Source: Piromyces finnis finn (lineage: Eukaryota > Fungi > Neocallimastigomycota). Taken from it: a DNA stretch of 64,000 nt. Made by a program: the position numbers and the translations under genes. Shown in pieces: positions 56,259-64,000 of this stretch. The stretch is taken from positions 248,001 to 312,000 of the forward strand of contig MCFH01000058.1 in assembly GCA_002104945.1 (NCBI GenBank). Reading direction: 5' to 3'. How positions within the stretch are numbered: position 1 is the stretch's first letter; each line of letters starts with the position of its first letter. The notes under the pieces were generated by a model. The model saw only the letters and a program-made list of their open reading frames with translations. It was not told where the DNA came from and ran no database searches.

Positions 56259-57217
56259 TGATTGTATTCGTCATCTAATTCTGGACAATCATTCGTAGTA
56301 TGACCTATTCTTTTACAATTTAAGCAAACATTAATTTTTAGGTCAGCAAGCTTTTGAGTTATTTCTTTTAACTCATCATCATTATTTTGTGGGTATTTTA
56401 AGGTACTTTTTCTTTGCTCAACGTTTTGCTTAATATTATTAAATCTTGAATAATTATTGTTATCATTATTGTAGTTATTATTTTGAATATTACTATTATA
56501 ATTATTATTTCTGTAGTTATTAGTATAATTTCTATTATTATAATTTTTAAAACTATTTTGAGTAGTGTTATTGTTATTCATTCGGTTATAACTATTAAAA
56601 TTATTTGAATATGCTCTATCATTATTTCTTTGAGCATTATTATCATTTGGAGACCTTCTAGAACTAATGGAAGTTCTTATTTTTGGTCTATTTTCTTCAA
56701 CTATATTGAAAATTTTCTCTTTCTTAATAGTAATGTTTCTGGCTTCTTCTAAACTTTTTGGTTCAGCTTCTAAAAGTGCTTCGTAAGTTTTAGTAAGGTT
56801 TCTAAAAGCATTAATATAGTAGGACAATATGATTTCATTTGACATTTTTAAGTTTGTTTTATTTATTAAAGAGTCAAATTTAATATTGAATTCAGATACA
56901 CTTTCATTTTTCTTTATTGTAATAGTAGACAATTCTAATAATCTAGAATTCTTTGATACTGAACCTTTAAAATGACTTTTAAGGTTTTTGATGATGGTAT
57001 TATAATCATCTGGTGTTTCTTTATATAATGCATTAACTACAATTGTTCTAGCTGTACCTGTAGTTAATGATATAAGGTATTCTAACTTTTCTTGTTCTGG
57101 TACCTTATATAAATTACACCAATGTTTAAAAGAAAATTCCCAATCATCAAATTCAACCTTTGTTGAACCCAAAATAGGTATTCTATTAAAGGTAATACCT
57201 ATAGTAGTATTATCCAT
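56249..57217 (-). CDS. gag: Gag of element A (322 aa, CCHC knuckle CLNCKRIGHTTNDC)
   Basis: Intact ORF upstream of pol. Confidence 0.9.
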   Translation of the reverse strand: MDNTTIGITFNRIPILGSTKVEFDDWEFSFKHWCNLYKVPEQEKLEYLISLTTGTARTIVVNALYKETPDDYNTIIKNLKSHFKGSVSKNSRLLELSTITIKKNESVSEFNIKFDSLINKTNLKMSNEIILSYYINAFRNLTKTYEALLEAEPKSLEEARNITIKKEKIFNIVEENRPKIRTSISSRRSPNDNNAQRNNDRAYSNNFNSYNRMNNNNTTQNSFKNYNNRNYTNNYRNNNYNSNIQNNNYNNDNNNYSRFNNIKQNVEQRKSTLKYPQNNDDELKEITQKLADLKINVCLNCKRIGHTTNDCPELDDEYNHLN

Positions 57218-58689
57218 TATTACTTTTTATTTTTTCTTGTTCTGGTACCTTATATAAATTACACCAATGTTTAAAAGAAAATTCCCAATCATCAAATTCA
57301 ACCTTTGTTGAACCCAAAATAGGTATTCTATTAAAGGTAATACCTTTAGTATTATTATCCATTATTACTTTTTATTTTTACTTTATTTAATTTTATTTTA
57401 ATATTTTATTTAAAAACTCAATTTTTATTTATTCTCAATAATTTAGTTATAAGAACAATAATATGTTTTTATTTACAACAATCTTTATTTACAATAATTT
57501 AGTTATAAGTACAGTAATATGTTTTTATTTACAATAGTCTTTATTTACAATAATATAATTTTATTTACAGGTATTTTATTTATTATACTTTTATTAATAT
57601 AATCTTATATAACGTCTATATAATGTAATATAAAAGGAGTAATCGGTTGTTACTTGTAGACACTTGTTTTAGTTTTATTGTAATTAAGAAGATTTTATTT
57701 TTGAGAAAATGTTAAGAATATATTTTATTTATATTAAGTTATTTATATATTAGTATTGTAAAAAAAAATATTTAATTTAGAGTAGGATGTTTATTTTTAT
57801 TTCTTTATTATAAAGCAGAAAATAATATTGATTATGTTATTATAGTACCTTCAGAGTACCCGACAGTTTCGTCAACGTGCCTTTCGACCTCCACTAACTA
57901 ACCGTCATAAATATTAAGTGGTGTAATATTTACTTATTAGTTAGCGCTCTACTCCCCCACGATATGTGATAAAACTGCACTCTTACTAACTTACTATAAA
58001 ACACTTTAATTATCTTAGTAATTAATTAACCGAAAAGATAAACAAAAGTTATTTTTCGCTGAAAATTAACTAAAAAGACAACTCAATATTATTGCTTTTA
58101 TTATTTAAAATTTATAACAATACTTTTAATTTTATTTGACCGATGATTATATTTTATAATTTTTATTAAATGATTTTTATCTTTAATTTATAAATTATAA
58201 TTATTAATTTATAATTATAATTTATGTATTTCTTTTTCTTTTTTTAAAAAAAATAATTAAATATAAAACTTTATTTACAGGATTTATTTTTCGCTTTTTA
58301 GTGCCTTACAACAATTTAATTAACCGGCAAAAGCTACTAACTAGAGGTGATATACTAGACCTCAAAATAAATTTAAACTATATATTTTTATGTCGCTTTA
58401 CCTTCACGACAAACCTTTAGCCTTCGGTGACTAAAGTTCCTTATTCGCCAGAGTTCACAAAAGTATTCAACTTGAGAGTCCTGTATTGTGTGCTTTTTAT
58501 CACACTAACAATCCCTTCCCCCAAGTAAGCGTGCTATTCACACTCGTCCTACTTTTACAAATACTTCAGTGATTAACAGCTATAATTTCTAACCAACTGA
58601 AACTAGTTAATTATACACTGAAACTCTGTATATGAGCTCTATACGCTCCTAGTATATTTTTACAAGTATTTTTATTTATAAAGTTTTAT

Positions 58690-58720
<31 letters not shown>

Positions 58721-58924
58721 TTTGGTTTGTTTGGTGTATATATATTATTATATATATATACTTAAATCTTTATTTATTATTATTTTGATTTATTTTTATT
58801 ATATATTTATTTTTATGTATATATATCTAATGTATATATACCTATTTTATTATTATAATTAATTCTTTCAACTTTCTTATTTATAATATTATCAATCTAT
58901 TTATCTAATAATTTTTCTATACTA

Positions 58925-58955
<31 letters not shown>

Positions 58956-59315
58956 CTTTTCTTATTTAAAATATCTATATATTTTATCTAATATATAATG
59001 TTTATATATCAATTTACTATATTAATACTATACTATTAAGTATTATAATTTATTTATTTTATTTTAATATTGATTTAATAATATTTAAATAATATTTCAA
59101 TATTGAATATTGATTTATTATTTTAATATTATTTTATTATTTAATAAGTTATAATTTCTAAATAGATAAAATATTGAGAATATTTAACTATTCTGTTAAC
59201 TATCTATTCTATACTATTATAACTTGATTATTTAATTAATTTCATAGAATATTTTACTATTCTATATGAAATTTTTATATAAAGAAAATTTTATATATTT
59301 ACCTTATTTTGATTC

Positions 59316-59332
59316 TCCGGTTCGAAGGACCA
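59316..59332 (-). promoter_or_regulatory. PBS TGGTCCTTCGAACCGGA, probably tRNA-Tyr
   Basis: 1 nt from the LTR CA end; its complement TCCGGTTCGAAGGACCA resembles the eukaryotic tRNA-Tyr 3' end as I recall it. Confidence 0.7.
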
Positions 59333-60402
59333 TTGATATAATGTGATAATAATCTTAATTTTGAATTTTACTTCAAAAAGTGATTATTATATTATATCTT
59401 TTGTTATAACTATATAAGTTATATTGATTAAGATTTAAGATCGTTTTTATAAAAATTAATAAAATTGTTTTGTTAAAACACTAAATTGTTTTATTAGAAA
59501 CACTTGTTTTTCTAATATTTAAATATTTAAAATTTTATTTATTTAAGTATAAAAGTGATTATTAAAATTATAAAATATTAATCTAACTATATACAAAAAG
59601 TGATTATTATATTATATCTTTTGTTATAACTATATAAGTTATATTGATTAAGATTTAAGATCGTTTTTATAAAAATTAATAAAATTGTTTTGTTAAAACA
59701 CTAAATTGTTTTATTAGAAACACTTGTTTTTCTAATATTTAAATATTTAAAATTTTATTTATTTAAGTATAAAAGTGATTATTAAAATTATAAAATATTA
59801 ATCTAACTATATAATATTTCTTTATTAATAATAATAATGATGATTAAAATAAGAATATTTACATGTATTTATATTTTCTTTTAATCTAACTATATAATAT
59901 TTCTTTATTAATAATAATAATGATGATTAAAATAAGAATATTTACATGTATTTATATTTTCTTTTAGATTTAAACTATTTACATTAAAACAATAAAATTA
60001 ATAACTATTTACAATAAAAATAATAAAAGTAATTAGAAATAACAATAAAAGAAATAATTAAAAGTTAAAAAATATAAAAAGTTGTTTATTTTACAATTAA
60101 TTAAAGTAATAATTATTCTTAATGTTTTAATAAAGGTGTTTAATTATATTATTTTATAACATGAATTATTATATTTGTTTACTTTTAAAGTGTAATTTAC
60201 TAACGAAGTTATTAAATATTTAATTTAACAATTAATTTAACAAAAGTTATATATTTTGATCTCGATTAATTAAAGTTAATTATTTTCTTTCAATAATCAA
60301 AATATATGCAGTGTTTAGGATTAATTTTATTTAAGAATTTTGGTAAAGTACTTAATTAAACTATAACTTGTTTTAAGTTACTTTTAGGGTTAACTTAAAA
60401 AT

Positions 60403-61045
60403 TGTCAAAATCACAATTCATGAAATTTGACATTTCATGAAATTTCATAATTTTGAATTATTAGTTAAATTAATTAAAATATTAATTTAATAATATTTTA
60501 CTAATAATAGTTTATTTAATATAAATATTAATTGGAAAGCTATTTATTATCCGGAGATAAATAGAGTGTAACAATTAATTAATATTAAACAAACCAATTA
60601 GTAAAATAAGATTCATTTAAATAATTATTAATATTATTTTTAACAACTTATTAATATCGATATTTAAAGAAAATTATATTATTATTACTATTATATTTTA
60701 TTAATATTTATATTTATATTATTATACATGTATAACTTAAATTATATTATTATTATACTTTATTAATATCAACATTATATTAAAAATGAAGTATAAATAA
60801 GTTGAACAAAGAACAACTTTAAGAAGTTCTTTGTGAGATTATTATACTCATTTTTATATAGTAAATTCAATATTTAAAATTAATAATTATCATTTACTTA
60901 TATTATAAAAATTAAATAAAATATTTCTTAAAAAATTATATTTATTACTCTTTTATTTATAAAAATTTATTATTTACTATATAATTAAGCCTATCCTAAC
61001 CTAGTAGACTTAATTATAATTCTAAATCCACTCTAACTCTTGACA
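60403..61045 (+). mobile_element. Solo LTR, family C (643 bp)
   Basis: Near-identical to 29085-29727; TSD AAAAT at 60398-60402 and 61046-61050. Confidence 0.95.
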
Positions 61046-61051
61046 AAAATC

Positions 61052-62056
61052 TGTTAAGTTTTTGGATTTGGTTATGCGGCCAGGTCAGAATGTTATCAAT
61101 TATATAGTAAATATATTTTTAAGAAATTAAATTTAAATATAAAATAACCCTTTAAACTTCCAAATGAAAAATTAATATTTATTCTTTAGAATAATTTTTT
61201 TTTTTTTTTTATAAAATTTTATTTATTTATTAATAATAATATAAATGATAATATATTTAATAACTATATAATTAAGATTATAACTATAATCTTTACAAAG
61301 AATTAAAATCAAATTCAATTCATTCTATTTTATATTCTTTGTTCAGATTATTAAATTGATAAAAATAAAGTATTACATGTAATATGTTAATAATATAATA
61401 AGATTGTTTGTTTGCTTGTTTGTTTGTTTTGTCATGACATAAAATAAAATAAACATATGATTAATCATTTAAACACTTGATCCATTAACCTATTTTATAA
61501 TAATTAAAATTATTTAATTTATAAATGTTAACTGTTACACCTAAATGGTTTAGTTCTATTTTTAGTAACAGTCACTATCATTAATTAAATTAATATAATT
61601 AGAATTTCTATTGATATCTTTTTAATTTTCGTCAAGTCATAAGAAATGTCTATGATCCATATTTGATATCACATTAATTTTAATTTACTTATTAAAATCT
61701 TCAAATGATCATATCTTCCTTAAATGACCAGTTAGAAGGACCGCGATTGTACCAAAATGTAGCTTTTTCCTTAAGCTTTCTAATAAACCTGGTTTCACAG
61801 CCGTAGTACTTATAGCCGTAGCGATCGTTTTTGGCGAGTTACACCATGTTTCGTGTTTGTTTATTTTTGGTTAAGGGTTATAGTGTATTGATATTAAATT
61901 TTTTGAAATCATAACCCTTTCACTGAATCAGAATTTAAAAGGTGACTTTTAAAGGTGTTTTAAAATAATTATTGGGATCATTTAATTCTAATTATTATGT
62001 TTAATTAATTATAGATATTATCTGAATTTGTTTTAAATCCAGTTAATATCTTCACA
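61052..62056 (-). mobile_element. Solo LTR, family B (1005 bp)
   Basis: TG...CA termini; TSD AAATC at 61047-61051 and 62057-62061; GTAAAGATTAT primer motif on the minus strand (61286-61296), 38 nt after a TATA-like motif. Confidence 0.85.
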
Positions 62057-62122
62057 AAATCAGGTTTAATAATAATTTTATATTTATTAATTTCATTATT
62101 TTTCAATAGAATCAATAAAATA

Positions 62123-62194
62123 GGGGTGTTAGCTCAGCGGTAGAGCAATTGACTGCAGATCAATAGGTCTTCGGTTCAAATCCGGAACACCCCT
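62123..62194 (+). tRNA. trnC: tRNA-Cys(GCA), copy 4 (G68A variant)
   Basis: Same as copy 1 except ACACCCC, which converts a U.G pair to U-A. Confidence 0.97.
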
Positions 62195-63012
62195 AATATT
62201 TTATTTCTTATTTTAAAATCTAAAATGTTATGTCAATTAAATGGAAAATAATTAACATGTATAAAATTATAAAATTAAATAGTTATATTTGTTTATAAGT
62301 AAACTCTAAAATAATTTTGTATAAATAGTAAGAGTTTGTTCTTTTAAAAATTGTTCCTAATAATCGGTCAAAATTTGATATATTATATTAAATTTAAAAT
62401 AAAATACGCTTTATAATTAATAAACAAATCTCTTAAATTTAAAAATAAACTCTTTTAATTATGTTTTTAAATTATCTCTTTATTATATTTTTATTATTTA
62501 TTTATTGTCTACTTATTGTCTTTTTTTTTATAAATTAATTATGTTTTTAAATTATCTCTTTATTATATTTTTATTATTTATTTATTGTCTACTTATTGTC
62601 TTTTTTTTATAAAGAAGAATTTTATTTTCCTTTTATACATTTTCATTTATTACATGTATTATTTTTAACTATTAAATATTATTACTATTACTATTGTTAT
62701 TATTTATTAAAATTAAAAGGATAAATTAAAATTATGTCTTAGTATTATAAAATATTATAGAATATTACTTATTTGATTTTCTTATTACTTCAAAATGTTT
62801 AAATTTAGAAAAATTATTATAAATTATCATTGACTATCATTAAATGTATAATACCTTAAATAAAATAATTAAAATTTAAAATTAAAATAAAATTAAAATA
62901 AAATTATAACAAAATTAAAATATTAAAAGTATCAATTATTATAAGCACGCATTTTATTCAGAAACATAAAAGAGTTCTGTATTTTTTATTGATAAATTAT
63001 TTATCAATATCA

Positions 63013-64000
63013 TGTCACAATAACATATATAAAAATTTAAAAAATTTGGACACATAGAAAAAATTAAAAATTTTTATTAAAAGTAAAATTTGAAAAATTT
63101 GAAAAATTTTATTTTTTAAATTTTTATTAAAAGTAATTAAAATATTAAAAGTATCAATTATTATAAGCACGCATTTTATTCAGAAACATAAAAGAGTTCT
63201 GTATTTTTTATTGATAAATTATTTATCAATATCATGTCACAATAACATATATAAAAATTTAAAAAATTTGGACACATAGAAAAAATTAAAAATTTTTATT
63301 AAAAGTAAAATTTGAAAAATTTGAAAAATTTTATTTTTTAAATTTTTATTAAAAGTAATTAAAGTAAAATTTTAATAATAGTTGTTATAATTAATTAGTT
63401 AATACATAATAATATTTAAAAGACAAAAATAAGTTTTTATATAATAAAAATTATTGTTAAAAAGAGTGTAAAAACAATAAATAAAAGAAAATATAAAAAC
63501 GAAATTAAACTTGTCTAATTTGTAATTATTGTGTTGAAAATAAATAATATTTTATAGAATAAATCTGGTGTTATTATTCTATATAAATATTATTAAATAA
63601 TAAAACTATAAAGTAAAATAAAATAAATTCATAAAATCAGTAGATATTGTTAAAGCTCGTACAATAATTGTCGAGATAAAACAATATAAGATAACAGAAG
63701 TAGTTAAAAAGTTGTAATATAACTACCAATCCGTTATCATATTGATAAAGAATGAAATTTATAAATAATAAATTAATAGTTAATTTTGAAATTATATAAA
63801 CTTAATATAAATTAAAATAATAGTAGATAATTAAAATAATATAAATTAAAATAATAGTAGATAATTAAAATAATGTAAAATATAAATATTTAATTAAATT
63901 TTAAAAATGTAAAACAACATAAACAATTTTTGTTTATAAACAAACTTAAATGTAATTAAATAATATAAATAGAAATAGAAAACATTATTTTAAAACTTGT
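63013..64000 (+). mobile_element. LTR fragments: family F start (duplicated, period 222), family I part ending at 63739, family J start from 63743 to the window end
   Basis: Matches to 29033, to 36348-36730 (inverted) and to 48888. Confidence 0.75.

Larger units (their letters stand above)
51583..62105 (-). mobile_element. Two-LTR Ty3/Gypsy element, family A
   Basis: 3' LTR 51583-52393; 5' LTR 59334-62105, with internal duplications and two nested solo LTRs; PBS at 59316-59332; PPT region 52394-52410; outer flanks CAAC and ATAG do not match. Confidence 0.9.

Overview
Very AT-rich eukaryotic DNA, most likely an anaerobic gut fungus (Neocallimastigomycota). This is inferred from a GH9 cellulase with three fungal dockerins and a solute-binding-protein/7TM receptor fusion. 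Host genes: a 9-exon GH9 cellulase (minus strand, 7168-10632) that includes a 3-nt microexon, a divergently oriented 5-exon SBP-GPCR (12479-15195), and four tRNA-Cys(GCA) genes. Most of the remainder is retroelement: four two-LTR Ty3/Gypsy elements of four families (all with -1 frameshift signals), one non-autonomous element, about 15 solo or partial LTRs, two copies of a tRNA-like SINE with TSDs, and LINE 3' remnants. Main result: the LTR elements are stacked at fixed distances upstream of the tRNA genes, in two windows (13-17 nt and 65-67 nt from mature tRNA nucleotide 1). The two chromovirus-like elements in the far window lack a tRNA PBS and carry a Tf1-type self-priming signature. Family labels (A, B, C and so on) are my own. 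All comparisons were made by eye; no database searches were run.
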